DNA of 63,960 nucleotides, filler included, from Basidiobolus ranarum (Eukaryota): assembly GCA_040143965.1 (NCBI GenBank). It is 3 parts of 3 records of this genome, joined end to end, with 100 filler letters (N's around TTAATTAATTAA, not from the genome) between each part and the next. Parts side by side here need not be neighbours in the genome. Positions count along the whole stretch, not along the records: positions 22,829 to 45,527 come from JASJQH010007056.1; positions 45,628 to 63,960 come from JASJQH010007154.1; 1 more part is not named here. One strand, 5' to 3'. Below, one piece after another: positions 39,868 through 54,599 of the stretch (positions within the stretch are counted from its first letter, which is position 1; every line of letters starts with the position of its first letter). The position numbers were made by a program, and so were the translations under genes. A model generated the notes under the pieces. The model searched no databases and had not been told where the DNA came from. It worked only from the letters and a program-made list of their open reading frames with translations.

Positions 39868-40563
39868 ATATGGAATTCGCTTTGTTACCACTCAGTTATT
39901 CTTTCGCTATATTCTCAACCAATTCTAGGACTATATTAAACAAACATTCAGTCTATTTTTGATTAAATATCACCCTTCAATTCCTCATAAATCATAGGAT
40001 TTACCTGACTAGAGTATGCATATTGACAAAGCCTCGTTTAAATTGCCCATATTTTACTATAAATAGCCACTGTAAATAGATGGACAGGATGGGTATTGAA
40101 GTGAAATATGAACTGAAGCATAGGGTACGTCGTAAATGGCTAGTCTTGAAACTCGGTTTGAATGTTGATTACCAAGTGCTGCGTGTCTTAAAAAAGGTAA
40201 GCATATGCTTCGAATTCTTGGTAGCTTCCATTATTCTCGTTTAGAAAAGTGGATTATTACCATATATAACATCCTAAATCTAAAAATAACCGATTTATTT
40301 GAAGGCTAATCTAAAAACAACCGATTTATTATTATTATTCGAAGGGTCTATGTTTTTCCGAACAAAAAATGGTTAGATTACTAGTGAATAGACCAACATT
40401 CCATTCAATATTCGGCTTCTCGAACTCAGGTTACCAATATCTCGGGGAATGACTCAGATCAGTAGGGTTACCAAAGAACAATAAATTGTATTTATTTAAA
40501 TTTATGATTTTCTATATTCTTTGGATTTCATTAAATTTCATTTTATTCCACTTTACATTCAAT

Positions 40564-41337
40564 ATGTCTGGTTATTCTCGAGACCTTCCACCCTCTGGAG
40601 GCTTCTTTCCTCCAGGTCAAAACGGCCAATATATGGAACCACCACCACAATATCAACAGAAGCCCAAATTCGAATGGGTTCATGCCACTGATGGGTAAGA
40701 TATTATATTGACACTATATTTCACAAGCTTATACTTAGAAACTTTTTCGCCATCTGTAGCTCTGTTCCACCCAATGCTGTGCAAGGAGGTATAGAAGCAG
40801 ACGGAAAGCCTTTATTTATTGCTAGGTAAGATGGATAGAGAGAGATGAGAACTCGTTTTATATTTTAAATCCATGAGAATCATCCATTGACGCGAAGTAT
40901 TCCGCATTCTATTAGACAATACTATCAAGGTGGCCTTCATCCTGGTAAAGCAGCACCACATCTCAAAGGACTTGCTATTGGTTATGCCGGTTAGTACCTA
41001 AACAAAGTCACTTTTATTTGTGCTTATGTCAGGTATTAAACCAATCAACCTACTTTCAGGTAAAGAAATTACCCTAAAGGAGTATTATGTGCTCTGCGGA
41101 GATGCTAGACAACTTCGTTGGATCGAATGCAAAGGCCCAGTTAGGACAGATTCCTGGAAGCCTATCGAAGGTTGCGAAGAGAAAGATGGTAAGCCGTTGT
41201 ATGTTGCCAAAGTACGTACACAAGGAGGAGAGCATCTTGGAAAAACTGGTCCACATCTTAAAGGAGGGATGAATTATAGCTACGGTGGAAAAGAAAAGAC
41301 ACATAAAGACACGTACTACGTTCTTGCTTACCTCTGA
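40564..41337 (+). CDS. DM9-repeat (DUF3421) protein with Pro/Gln-rich N-terminus, 4 exons
   Basis: Two repeats: WVHATDGSVPPNAVQGGIEADGKPLFIAR..GGLHPGK..YYVL and W..IEGCEEKDGKPLYVAK..GGEHLGK..YYVL. Confidence 0.85.
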
Positions 41338-42008
41338 AGTTAGTGTAAGACTATGAAGTTGAAAATGGCGTACACATGTAAATCAATAAAGTATATCAGG
41401 TTTTTTCACGCGTGAGAGGATCTTCTGCAATAGTCAATTAAACAGTTCGCAACTATTTTTGGCTTTTGTGTAACATGGGGGAAGCAGTTTCAATATCAAC
41501 CGTACACATCTCTCCTATTCTTATAGAACAAATAAGCATAGAGATTCTTCTCTGCTCTAACTTGAAAAGAATCGTTGCTCATTTGGAATTTCATGATGCT
41601 AATTTTGACCTCAAGTGTAACCGCTTCGCATTTTGACACCTTTAGTGTCACCAGCTAGTCGTTTACTTTTACTAAATTAGGCTAAATGGTACCATAATGC
41701 TTCTACCCAACTTGAGATAAGATGCGAGCAAGAGCACTTTGCAACGAGATTGATTTGCAAATCATCACTAGATTTCAGGTAAATTTCAATCAGCTTGAAA
41801 TAGAACTGCAAAACATAATCGTTGTTTGCAGCAGGAGTCAATCGAAAATAAGGCATTAAGATTTGACAAAAGTTTATCTGAAATATGTGTGTATTGTTTC
41901 TTACACATCTGGGATCAGAGAGTATTTCACAGAGTAGTGATATTAGAAGCTTAAGATTTATAAACTTAGTTCCATGGTTTTCTAATAGATAATATATGGT
42001 TCAAATAT

Positions 42009-43578
42009 TCATTCTTTCACAATTGAAGTGACAAGTTTTTCCTTTTTCAAGTCAATGCACAACCGATCCATAATTTTCACTAGCATTACATTGCCTCCAA
42101 GTCGCGCGATCTCCTGGCGTGCCTGTTCTTCGTAGACTTTAAGACGCTCTAGGGTGTATTGAAATGAGTTGGTTTTTTCCATTAAATGAACGGCGAATTT
42201 CTTGACATCTTTATCTAGTGTCCGCTGTTTGAGAATATCTGTTGGAGCTTATGAATGAGAGGTTGAATTGGCCTTACTGTGTACTTGATGAACTTACTGA
42301 GTAACTGTCTATTAGAGGTGTCCGCTCGGACGCAGTGAATCACAGGGAATGAGAATTTTCCTTCAGTGAGATCTTCACAGTATCCTTTGTTGTCGGAATA
42401 CTAATATCCATCAATAGTTAGCCTCCATAAATTCTTTATCAATCTGTCATCAAACTTACAGAATCTGATTTAAGGTTCATGAGATCGTCTCGAATCTGAA
42501 AATGAATTCCGATCATGTTCACTAGAGGAACGTAATCTCTAACAAGAAACACTTAGTATACTGTAGTCTTAGGAGATCCTGTCATATTTAAAGTATATTA
42601 CACGGTGGAAGCGCTGGCTTCTTGCATCAGTTTCACTGCTAGTCTTAGCAGGCCTCCCGTTTCTAGTGTGCATAGGTTAGTTGAGAACTCGAATCGAAAG
42701 GACCGAAATGATGCTAAATGCACTTACTATTTCCAACCATTTGAATGTACTCTTCTTCAGTAGGACATGTAACCGTATCTCTCCAAAAAAGATCCATGCC
42801 TTGACCTCGGTGCAAGTTCAACAATTCCTCTAAGTTAACAGGAAAAATTTTAGTTGTAGATCTATAGGCTAACTTAACAACATCTATTCTACCTGTAAAT
42901 ATTTGAACCATCTTGGGATTCTTTAATTTGCTAATCTCATCAAGAGCCAGGAAATATATGTAGTTTGCTGAGTTGATGGTGATGGGTACGCCATATATTT
43001 TATGCGCCACTATAAGTTAAGCTCATTAATAAAATATTACAAAGATTGTTTGCATGTTGATTTACTTGTATTCACCTGGAACACCACGTCTAAGTTTAGA
43101 GTCGTCTTCAACATCGTCGATACTATTGTTCCATAGTTAGTTATACTCAAAAGGAATAGAGATGAAGTGGGATCCTATGACTTACAGTAAACTAGCAGTA
43201 TGAAGCATCTCGACTACTCTAGTAATAACCCCCAGTTCCGGTTTTGGCACATGCAACCATAGATCAAAAGCATCAATCAAGAGAGTACGGATCTCTTTTC
43301 CTGGATATTGACGTAGATAATTATACGGCTCTAAGAGGATCTATTATTTGAGGAGAGGTTAATATTTTGACTTTAGCTAGAAAGGGTATAAGATACATGA
43401 TATTCTAACTATGCAAATCACCGACCACTCAAAGCAAACATATTTGAGTTACAAGTGAGCAAGGAGAGAAAGTGAAAATCGCTGGCCTCAACACAAAGAA
43501 TATTTCGCTTTAAAGTACCTTTTCGGGGTCCTCTAGATTTTTAGCATCTTTAAAGTCGGAGAAATGATGTTCAGCCAT
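42009..43578 (-). CDS. BTS1: Geranylgeranyl diphosphate synthase, multi-exon
   Basis: [75 protein letters not shown]. Confidence 0.95.
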
Positions 43579-44946
43579 GAAGACTAGACAAGTAACGAAG
43601 TTTGAAGAGTATCTGCACCGTATGACCAATTTAATTTATGAAAACCATTCTCACATCGAGCTGATTTGCCTTTGGGTCATTGAAATAGGTATTTAATCAA
43701 AATATTATGGAAAGTAATATAGAATGCTAAATAGTCATTTATCACTTTGCTAAAACACCATGACCAAAATCAACTCTTCTTGGAAATGAATCACAAATTA
43801 TGCCATCTACCAATGGGCCAAATCCTCATTAAAGTTCTCACCATCTGACCAATAAATGCATTCATTCAGTGTTTAGCTTGCGGAGAATGGATCGATTGTT
43901 TTTGTAAGTGATGCCAGTGCTCAAGCCAGAGAGGCAGAATTGAAATGTAAATGGAAACCCCGATCAGGACCCAACAAAGACTCTGGAGAAACACATCACA
44001 ATAGAGATATATGCTCAGGCGGTGACAACTAAGCGCAACGAATCCTGATCTGCAACGTATGACCCTCTTGTAATATCAGCCAGGTTCTACATGCTTGGAA
44101 CAACCCAATCTGAACCGTACAGGTGACAAACTCGCAGATCTCCAATCAGGTTGACCAAGTGAATCCGTAGCATGTACTCCTTAATGTGAATCTCTCTTTC
44201 GAATATGCTACGGTGAACGCTTCCGCAAGAGAACAGTCAGCAGTCGATGAATTGCGCAGCCACCTTTGTGCATTGATCAATCCAACCAATTTCATTCGCC
44301 GTTGGTAGCTTATCCACTGGTACAAAGACCATCTTGATTGAATGGACAGTGGTATTGCGGAAATCTTGACGAAGCCAGCGGAGTAACTAGAAAGTGGCAG
44401 ATTCTCCATCAACTGGAAGATTCTAGCAAATGCTATCTAATGCATGCCACTATTCTATCGGTTCTACTACGCCGCGCGATTTGACCAGCATTGACTGAAG
44501 AAGGAAATCAGTGATACATTGGGATTAGTTGATTTGACTATTTTGGTATGATTTTCATGAGCGACAAAGAATGAATGGTGCAAGGGATTCAACTCCGGTA
44601 CTGATTTGAGTTCCATCCCCAATCTGGATATTTGTGCATTGTTTGATATATTTCGCGCTGCGCATTGATTTTAATGTGGTAAAAATGTTTACTGTGGCTG
44701 ATGTTTGTAGTATCAACGACGACTCAATATGCAAATATCTATGTACATGAAGGGGAGGGGAGGGGAGGCAATTGCTTTCCTTGTTTATCCACCAAAACTC
44801 AGTTCAGCATTGATCACTGGTGATTTTGCGTAGGGGCAAAGGATAAAATAATCCTGATATGGGAAGAGTAATTACTATACAATTAATGTGGGTTAAGCAA
44901 GTCAATGCCTTGTTGTGAGAAACCAAACGCAAAGTCTTCTCTTGGC

Positions 44947-45527
44947 TTAGTGAACAATTACTCTGCTATCTTGCCAGCGGGCGGAAGTGGCGCTGGAGGC
45001 ATTGTTGGGAATGTCCTTGTTGAAGTGCTCACCATTCGATATAGGGGCCACTCCGGATTTAACCGTAAAAGTTGGCTTGAATGGTGAATCGGATCTTCGG
45101 ATTGCTGCACTCTCTATCACCATTGGTTCAGCTGAGTTTACCGCAGGTGATTGTGGCTGACTAACAGGAATGCCTGTATAGCAACTTCATAGTTTTTACT
45201 TATGATTGCATACAAATCATTACGGCATTCTGCATGCTATTCCGTTATTGTTATAATTCTATCCAAATTTTCTACGGAGGGTTGTTCAATAGTGGGCAAA
45301 ATAGCCATTTTGGAAGTAGATGGTCTTGATGGTGTTTTGGTTGAACTTTGCTCAACTTTTGATTTACTATGTAATTGGGGGATTACAATCTCTTCACTTG
45401 CACTATTGCTGGAAAGGAACACATCTGGTAAATTGATTAATGCTTCATCATTACTTGAGTTAGTTTCTGGCATGTTAATGCCTTCCAAAGTGGATAGTGG
45501 ATTGCTAGACTGTTCATCAATTAAGTC
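44947..45527 (-). pseudogene. 3' fragment of a Ser/Pro-rich low-complexity gene cut by the gap, possibly disrupted
   Basis: Open frame from the gap to 45237, then an apparent terminal exon after ATACAG (GIPVSQPQSPAVN...RVIVH*); no clean join found. Confidence 0.35.
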
Positions 45528-45627
45528 NNNNNNNNNNNNNNNNNNNNNNNNNNNNNNNNNNNNNNNNNNNNTTAATTAATTAANNNNNNNNNNNNNNNNN
45601 NNNNNNNNNNNNNNNNNNNNNNNNNNN
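45528..45627. other. Assembly gap (100 nt N pad with TTAATTAATTAA spacer)
   Basis: N-run. Confidence 0.97.
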
Positions 45628-47367
45628 CCAAGCTGATGGAACCATAGAAAGGTACAAAGCAATATTAGTTGCAAAAGGTTATTCCCAGACTCCAGGAGTT
45701 GATTTTAATGAAACTTTTGCTCCAATAGCTTAGCTTAGCTCTATTGGATCAATCCTGGCACTCTCAGCCATCCATAACCTTGATCTACATCAAATGGATG
45801 TAAAACCAGCCTTTCTGAATGGAAATTTAGAAGAAGAGATCTATATGGAACAACCAGTTGGATTTGTTGACCCAAAACATCCTGATATGGTTGGCAAGCT
45901 GCAAAATTGCTCTATGGACACAAGCAAGCACCCAAGGCATGGTAGAACAAGATAAATATCTATTTAGAATCACCAGAATTCCAAAAATGCACAGCAGATC
46001 CCAGTATTTACATCAAAACAACCAGAAAGAGGATCCTTATCTTGGCACTATCTGTGGATGACTTTATCATAGCCACAAATGATCTACAAGCAAGTAATCA
46101 GACAAAAAGCAGCTTATCAAACCAATTTCAGATTACTGATATGGGTGAATAAAGTTATTTTCATGGAATCCAAATCAAGAGAGATAAACCCAATCAGAAA
46201 ATCATGCTGAATCACTTTTGATACATCCTAGATTTCCTAAAACGCTTCAAGATGGGGAACAGCAAGCCTGTATCAACACCAATGAATCCCAATGTGAAAT
46301 TAATTAAAATTTCATCTAATTTGGCCCAAAATGGCTCAAATCAAAGCCAGGAGTTCCCTTATCAATCCATGGTGGGTAGTTTAATGTATACAATGGTTGG
46401 AACACGTCCAGATATTGCTGGGGCAGTGGCAACTGTCAGCCAATATCTCAAAAATCCAGGATCTGAGCACAAAACTGCAGTAAAATGAAAATGTAGATAT
46501 TTGAGCGGAACTGTAAATCTAGTTCTGGAATACTATGCCACCCCAGATGTGCAAAATTTTGAAGGCTACAGTGATGCAGACTGGGGAAGAAACCTTGATG
46601 ATAGAAGATCAACAACTGGATACACTTCTCTCTATGGTAATGGAGCCATAACTTGGAATAGTAAGAAGCAACCAACTGTAGCACTTTCCACTACAGAAGC
46701 AGAGTGATGGCTGCCTCTGCTACTACACAAAAAGCTATGTGATTAAGGAAGTTATTTACAGACCTAGGATACATGCAAAAATGTGCTATTACTGTATTTG
46801 AAGATAATCAAAGTTGTATTTTATTAGCTAGAAATCCTACATTTCATGCTGGAACAAAACATATAGATATTTGGCATCATTTTGTTAGAGAAATAATAGA
46901 GATTTATATAATTAAACTTGTCTATTGCCCTACTAAAGAAGTGATAGCTGCTATCTTAACCAAACCTTTAGCTAAAGCACAATTTGAATTATTAAGATAT
47001 AAGTGAGGTTTAAGAGAAATGTAAAATAATTAGTTCAGTGGGAATGTTAATATTGGGTAAATAGCAACTTATTATTTAGTAGTTAGTGTATTCATATTCT
47101 GATTATTTAGTACTCAATTCTATCAATCAAAAACGTGTGTTTTTTGCTCTAAAAGATATAAATATCAATTAGATCACTTTTACCAGTTTTCACTATTTTC
47201 TCAAAACTTCTCCAAAACACCTCAAATTTTCACCCATGCTGAACAGGCATGTTTGTTGTGATCCAAGCACGTCCTATAGACATATTCAATTTAATAAAAC
47301 TTAAGTGTCTAATTCCAAATCCAAATCTTGTCCAAAACACTTCCAAAACCCCTAAACACTTTTATCA
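45628..47367 (+). mobile_element. Ty1/copia element B, 3' half (RT, RNase H, PPT, 3' LTR 47045-47367)
   Basis: [49 protein letters not shown] then TGTTAA...TTATCA; followed by GTTTG. Confidence 0.95.
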
Positions 47368-49282
47368 GTTTGCTGCTTAATTCCATGTTTAGAAAAACAA
47401 CAAGCAAAGTCTTTAGAGCAGTATTCACTGCCATTTTCACTCCTTTGTACCCTTATTTTTTGAGTTGAATGTTTCTCTACTGTTGCATTGTAGTGCTTTA
47501 ATGTAGCTAAGGCTACATATTTTGATTGGAGAAAGAATAGCATAGTTTATCTTGTATTTTCATCAATAAAGGTCTAGGGTACCTTTTCCCACCTAGTGAG
47601 ATGTTTATCATGGGCCAACATAGGTCAGAATAAATCACAGCAGAATTCTGAGTCGATTTGATAGCTCCAGAGCCTGAAATGGTTGTCTGTGATGTTTTCC
47701 ATATGTGCAACCTTCACACTTATCCAATTTAGTGACATTTTGAATTTCCAAGGCTGAAACAAGCTGATTTTGGATCATTTGGGTCAGTTTTTGTTCCCCA
47801 ATGTGTCCTAATCTTCTATGCCATGCTTGACAGCTTGTTTTACTGGTTCTGGCTTAGTTTGTATGTTCAGAATGCAATTTGCTGATTTCTAGCTTGTCCA
47901 AGTTTTGAGTTCAGATCTCAGTAGCTAATTTAGTAGTTTTCTGAACAGTGATAGTGCATGCAGCCTTGCTAGACGCAAAATTTAGTCCTTCAAATGTTGC
48001 TTGGCTCACAGAGATTATATTCTTGGCTATATTTGGTACAAACAGTACATCTGCAAAGCTCCTGAATCAATATACCATGTTCCTGAGTCTTCTTGAGTGG
48101 TTACTGATAGGGCAGACACAGGTAGATGATCTCTATCAGTGCTTACTTGATTTCTTGTTCCCATTTTAGCTTTTTGGCAAAAATCCCTTTCTGCAATCTT
48201 TGATTAATTGGCCTGGTTTCTTGCAATAGTTGCAGATGATTGCTTTCCTATTGAGGGCACCATTATTGAAGTGTGTTGGACATCTTATAGCTCCAACAAA
48301 TGCCTGTTCTGCATTATTTAGCTGAGAATTAGATCCCCTTAATTCCTCATTCAAAAGCCTAGCACCAACATATTCTGTTGTTAATAGCTCAGACCTTGAT
48401 TACAGGGCAATTATGAGGTTCCCAAACATGTCTGGCAGGCTCCCATGTAGTGTTGTGACTAAGTCATTTTCATTTACAGGTGCTCCAATGGATGAGAGCT
48501 GATCTGCCATATGTTTTATCCAATATATATGATAAAGCATACAATCATCAGAATTCATCTGATTAGAGAATAAATTTCACCAAAGATATAGCCTATTAGC
48601 CAAATTCTTAGTTTTGTATAGTCCCTCAAGTGTTTCCCAAGCATTTTGGATGTTTTTAGCTGATTTTATGTGCCTCAATTAAGAGTCTCTGAGATGTAAA
48701 CCAAGTGTAGGGAGTGCTTTCCTCTGCTTCTTGTGAAAGGCAAGGACAACTTCCGGTGGTCCCTCTGGCTCTGTTCCTTCTCCTGTAACAAATCCCCAAA
48801 GTCCTAGTTTTCTAGCACCATTTGCATCTTGAACTTCCTAAGGTCAAAGTCTTTGCCATCAAACTTCTCTGTAGATGCAAAACCATTGGAAATATTACTG
48901 GTAGACATACCTTTAACTGCTAGCTTGGGGCTTATAAGCTGATTAAAATGCTCAGGGGACATGGAAGTGTTTGGACAAGATTTGGATTAGACACTTGAGT
49001 TTTATTGAACTGAATATGTCCTATTGATGGTTTACTATGACCTAGCACTATTGCACATGCTTAGATCATAATGAACATGCCTATTAAGCATGGGTGAAAA
49101 TTTAAGGTGATTTGGAAAAGTTTTGAGAAAATAGTAAAAATTGGTAAAAGTGATCTAGTTGATATTTCTATCAATTAGAGCAATAAACACACATTTTCAA
49201 ATGACAAAATTGCGGGCTAAATAATCAGAGTATGAATAAACTAACTACTAAGTAATGAGTTGCTATTTTCTTAATTTCCACA
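47368..49282 (-). mobile_element. Ty1/copia element A, 5' half (5' LTR 48940-49282, degenerate PBS, gag, zinc knuckle, start of integrase)
   Basis: CNYCKKPGQLIKDC, SENGSEY; LTR homologous to 61121-61472; PBS remnant GCTTATAAGCCCC; integrase broken at the GTTTG site. Confidence 0.92.
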
Positions 49283-49719
49283 TCTACAATATATTGAGCT
49301 GAAAGTAGAAAGTAGCCCTTTATACTTCTATGATGATGTAAAAGACCCAATTTGTATAATATGTCAAGGAAGGTTCAAAAAACACATATGCATTGCAAAT
49401 TATGCGTAATATTTTAGTGCAATATCATAAAGCTCATACTAAGAAATAAATAACTATGTAGATTTTAGACAATGATAAATTCATCAGAATTGTGCAAGTA
49501 TAGAAAAAGTATGCTATTGCATTTGGTATTAAACAAAACAATCTTGTCCTTAGAGTTCTTTTTCAAACAAGAACATTAAAAACGCACTGATGTGTCTCAT
49601 TTGCCTATATCTGGAATATCATCAAGAACTAAAGCAGATGTGGAAACTGGGGCTTTTGCTTCAGAGATTTGCTGGTATAAGTGGGAAAGAAAAGATGGTT
49701 AAAAATGAGCAAATAGTAA

Positions 49720-52700
49720 CCCATTATTGAGTAATTGAAAACTTAAGCTAAACACTTCCAAATCTCCTAGAAACATTTATCATATTATGAGACCCAGGCT
49801 GGCTGATAAAGGATTTTCAACCAGTCCTATTAATCTCACTTTTTCATCAAGTCAAAAGTTTGATGGGGAAGATTTCACCTTTGGAAGTTCAAGTTGCAAA
49901 TAGTGCTAGCAGACAAAGATCTTGAGACATTTCTTACAGGAGAAGGGATAGAGCCAAAGAGAACACCAGAAGCCATCCTTGCCTTGCACAAGAAGTAGAG
50001 GAGAGTACTCTCTACACTTTGTCCACATCTCAGACACTCAGGCACATGCACTCAGCCAAAAAGTCCTATACTAATGGAAAACATTGGAGGGGCTCTATAA
50101 GATGCAAAGCATAGCTTAATATGCTATATCTTGGACCATAATTATTCTCAATTCAGATGAACTCTGGTGATTCTATGGTTAAGTTTATAAATTGGATCCA
50201 AGCCATGGCAGATCAGCTTGCATTCATTAGAGCACCTGTAAATAAAAAAGACATACTCACAACACTACTTTGGAACCTGCCAGGCAAGTTTGGGAACCCC
50301 ATATTGCACTGAATTCAAAATCCAAATCACTTACAGTACCATATATTGGAGCCAGGCTTTTGAGTCATGAATCAAGGATATGTAATGTACAGCAAAATAA
50401 AGCAGATCAGCCACTTTTTGGAGCTGTAAAACATTCAACAGGCATTAATAATGGTGCGCCTGACAGGAAATCAATGATCCATAAGTCTTAATAGAAACCA
50501 GGCCATTGAATTAAATACTGTAGACAAGGATTTTTGCCTAACTGTTTTTCCTGCTTAGAGGCCATTGAAACATGGTTAGTGTACTCAGGCAATGACTATG
50601 TACTCACAGGAGATGGTAATGGCACAACATTGCTCAACCTAGACCAATGTTTATCTAAACCATTTGCAAAATTGCATGATGTGCTCTATGTACTAAATAT
50701 AGCCAACAATCTACTCTCAGGGTGCCAAGTGACCACTCAATATCTAGATTTTGTCTTCAGCAAGGCTGGATGCACTATTGTGTAACAGAAAAAAACCAAA
50801 TTAGCTACTCAGATCAAAGCTCAAGACTTATTCAAGATGGAAAGCAACAACTTGCATTTTGAGCACGCATAGCTGGCTAAAACTAGTGACATAAGCACCC
50901 AAACATGGCATAGAAGATTAGGACACATTGGGAAACAAAAATGCACCTAAATGATCCAAAATCAACCTGCCTCATGTTGAGAAATTGAAAATATAAACAA
51001 AGTGGATCTGTGTGAAGATTGCTTACATGGAAAACATCACAGACAGCTATTTTCAAGCTCTCAAGCAATGAAATCTTCTCAGAATTTTGCCGTGATTCAT
51101 TTTGACTTATGAAGGCCAACAGATAATACCTCACCAGAGGGCACAAGGTACTTGATGACCATTATTGATAACAAACAAGATGTACTGGGGTATTCTTTCT
51201 GAAATCAATATAGGAAGCCTTAACTACATTCAAGCACTACAAAGCAATGGTAGAGAAACAATCAGCACATAAAATAGGGATACTTGGGAATGACAATTAT
51301 GGAAAATATTGCTCTCAAGACTTGGCTAGTTTTTGTACTAAACATGAAATTCAGCACACTGCTCTAAAGACTTTGCTAGTTTTTGTTCTAACCATGGAAA
51401 TAAGCAACAAACTACTGAACCTTATTTCCCACAGCAAAATGGAGTTGCAGAATTTGCAAATAGGACTGTGGTGGAGTTGGGAAGTTCTATGTTAAATGAT
51501 TAACAGTTTGAATACTAATGTTGGCTGAATCTTTCTGGCCACAATCTATAAAAACCAACACCTAACAAGATTGTAACAAAATTCTACCCCATTTGAAGCA
51601 CTATATTTGTCAAAACCAAGTGTGGAACATCTCCATATTGCTGGTTGCACAGCATATTATCTAATTCCAGCTCCAAAAACTCTAAAATGTAACCAAATGG
51701 CAGTAAATGCATATTTTGTGGTTACTTTGATGGATATAAGACCTACAGACTGCTTGATGCCAAGCAGCAGAAGCTAATTAAGTGCAGAGATATGATTTTT
51801 GATGAAACATATTTTATCAGCTTAAATCATAGTTCCTGGACACGAAAACACAATCAGCACTACTCATGAAGTGTCTGGGGAAAATCTGGCTGTATGTGAA
51901 CTTAAATCAACAGCAATTCCATCCCCCAAAACATCATAAGTTGATTCATGAATTTAAAGATCAACTCAAAGAAAAAAAGCCTGCAAACTGGTGGAACACT
52001 ACCAATTATGATGTCTGTGATAATGCAGCATTCTGTGATGAGCCACAGACTTTGGATCAAGCTTTGTAGTGTCAAGAATAAAAACTGTTGGAAAGGCAAT
52101 GTTTGACAAGCTTCTTCATTTCATAGCAATTAAACAAAGGTTCTATATCCCCTGCCAGCAGGCAGAAGGCCAAAAGGTTGCAGATGGGTATTCAAAATCA
52201 AAACCTTAGCTGAGGGAAGCATAGAAAGATAAAAGCAAGATTTCTTCCAAAAGATTATTTGCAGACTGCTGGAGTTAACTTTAATGCATCTTTTGCTTCA
52301 GTAGGTAGGTTTGGCTCCATCAGAGCAATGCTGGCCTTCTAATTTTCCATAACCTTGATTAACATCAATTAGATCTAAATATTACCTTTATGAATAGATA
52401 TATAGAAGAAGATATCTATATGGAGCAAGCAGAAGGATTAGGAGCCCCTAAACACTCTGATATCCTATCTAACCTGCCAATAGAGTTATATGGACTCAAT
52501 CAAGCACCTGTGGCATGGTACAATAGGATAGTGGCCTATTTGGAATCATGAAGTCAAGTCACTGCTCTGCAAGTGGGATTGGTAACTCCACACCCTAAAT
52601 GCCAGGATCTAAGCACAAAACCGCAGGTAAACAAATGTTTTGTACTGAGGACAACTGTAGATTCAGTACTGGAAAGCTCAGGCTTTGTTGATGCACAAAA

Positions 52701-53230
52701 CTTAGAAGGTAACAATGATGCATGCTGGAAAGCAGCCTCATTGATAGAAGTTCAACAACTGGTTACAATTTTCTCCAAGGTAATGGGGCCACAATTTGCA
52801 TCAGCAAGTGGTAACCAAATGTAGTACTTTCTTATACTAAAGCAGAGTATATGGCTTGTTCTGCTAGTACACAAGAACCCATGTGGTTACGAAAGTTATT
52901 AACTTAGAATATGTGCAAAAGCATGCTATTGCTAAACTTGAAAATAATGACAGTGATATTTCATTGACTAAAACCCAGTATTTTATGCTACAACAGAACA
53001 TATGGTTGCTAGGCATCATTTTGCTAGAGAAGCAATGAAATAGAGCAAAATTTATTGGCAATTGCTTTACTCAAGAAATGAAAGCTTGCATCTTAACCCA
53101 ACCTTCTGAAAAAGCTTCATTTCAGTTATTCAGGTGTACATTGTGTTTAAGAGAGATATAAAATCATTTGATGAGGAAGAATGTAGTAATCAGGTATTAC
53201 AGCTTTTTATATTATTAAACATTAGCATAC
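49720..53230 (+). mobile_element. Older, heavily decayed Ty1/copia element C of the same clade (boundaries approximate)
   Basis: LTR end ..TTTATCA plus PBS remnant TATTATGAGACCC (49783-49795); gag-PR-IN-RT-RH remnants; PPT GAGGAAGAA and LTR start TGT at 53182. Confidence 0.88.
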
Positions 53231-53449
53231 AAGCAGAAGATTTTTAAAAATTAGGGTCAGTATTTGATCACCAATGGGGCCCAATCTTCTATGCGCATCT
53301 TGAGCTTATTTGTTGTTAATGAGATTTGGCAATTACATCCAGTCTGGTGGAACAACAGGTTAAGTTCTTAGGCTGTATTCTGACTTACTGATAGCTTTGC
53401 TGGCTATGTTTGGCATAAAATATCTTTCTCCAATTTTTCAGTTGATGTG

Positions 53450-54100
53450 ACTCAATGAAGATCAAAATTGATCACTTGCTGGTAGAGCAGACTTAAACAG
53501 TGATCCCCATTAGTGCTTATTTGATTTGATTGTTCAGGTTGCAGTTTTTTTGCAAAAATCCTGTTGTTGCATTCTTGGATTAACTCACCTGGTACTTGCA
53601 ATGCATGCTCTTGACAGATTTCAATCAGGAGGCTCAATATTGAATACTGCTTGAGGTTTTATGGTGCTAAATAATATCCTGATTGCTGTGATTTTGCCAA
53701 GAATTGGAAGTCCTCAATTATTCACTCAAGAGTATGGCACCAAATGAATCATTGAGATGGCTCCATTATTTAGTCTGAGGCAACTATGAGGTCCCCAAAC
53801 TTGTCTAGTAGGCCTGTAGAAGATGTTTTAACTATGCAACCTTTATTTATAGGTAAGCCATTGAATGAGTGCCAATCTGCCAACCACTTGGATAATCTGT
53901 GTAATCATCAGCAGAATTAGTGACAGTTAAGAATGATATCCCTTATGTGATTGCTATCTGCCAGACTATTGGTCACATATAGTGATTCAAGTGCTATAAG
54001 TAATTTGGAGAATTTTGGCTGAGAATAGGAAAAGCAACAAGCTCATATTCTGTCCTAGCTACCACAGATTTTGGCCTGGCAGACTTCTTGAACTTGATGA
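53450..54100 (-). mobile_element. Possible decayed non-LTR (LINE-like) RT remnant
   Basis: Frameshifted GQNMSLLLFLFS ... NSADD, loosely like QG..LSPLLF ... YADD; weak. Confidence 0.25.
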
Positions 54101-54599
54101 TAAGAAGACATGTATATGCAGATTTGAGATTTTTAATTACAAAAGTTTATTTGACACCTCAAACCCAATACTACTTTTGAGGTGGTTGATAGTACTTTAG
54201 CAGGATGCATCTGCAGTATTGTCAGAGATTGAGCTATAAAGTTGAGAGCACATAAGAAGAAACTCATGATCAGTATTAAGTTTGTTATTCTGTAGAATAT
54301 TTAGCACTCAATTTATGCATTTCAAAGCATGTGTTTGTTGTTCTAATTTGTAGATTCATCATTGGATCACTTCATCCACATTTCACAATTTTCTAAAAAC
54401 TTGCCCAAATTCCATCATATTTTACTTGTGTACCACAACTGTTAGAAGTGTTTAGGTGATTCAGAAGTGTTTTTGCCAGAATTTGCATATGTGAGTTTGA
54501 TGCTAAAATTATATTGTGTTGAATATATCCTTTTCCTAGTTTACTAGACAACAGCCCTTTTGGATGAGTTTAGCTCATAAAATTTATGCATGTAAAGCA

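Noticed and set aside
42380-42388. GTATCCTTT U12-like donor
   Set aside because: Antisense to GGPPS coding sequence (KGYCEDL); similar words within retroelements were also ignored
43860-44500. CpG-containing stretch that looks like a decayed gene
   Set aside because: The frames examined have stops at near-random density and no recognisable motif
49283-49287. TCTAC beside A's 5' LTR also occurs at 56296-56300, near E's 3' LTR (possible second target-site duplication)
   Set aside because: Offset by 4 nt from the LTR end, so not a clean duplication; at most weak support for the permutation model
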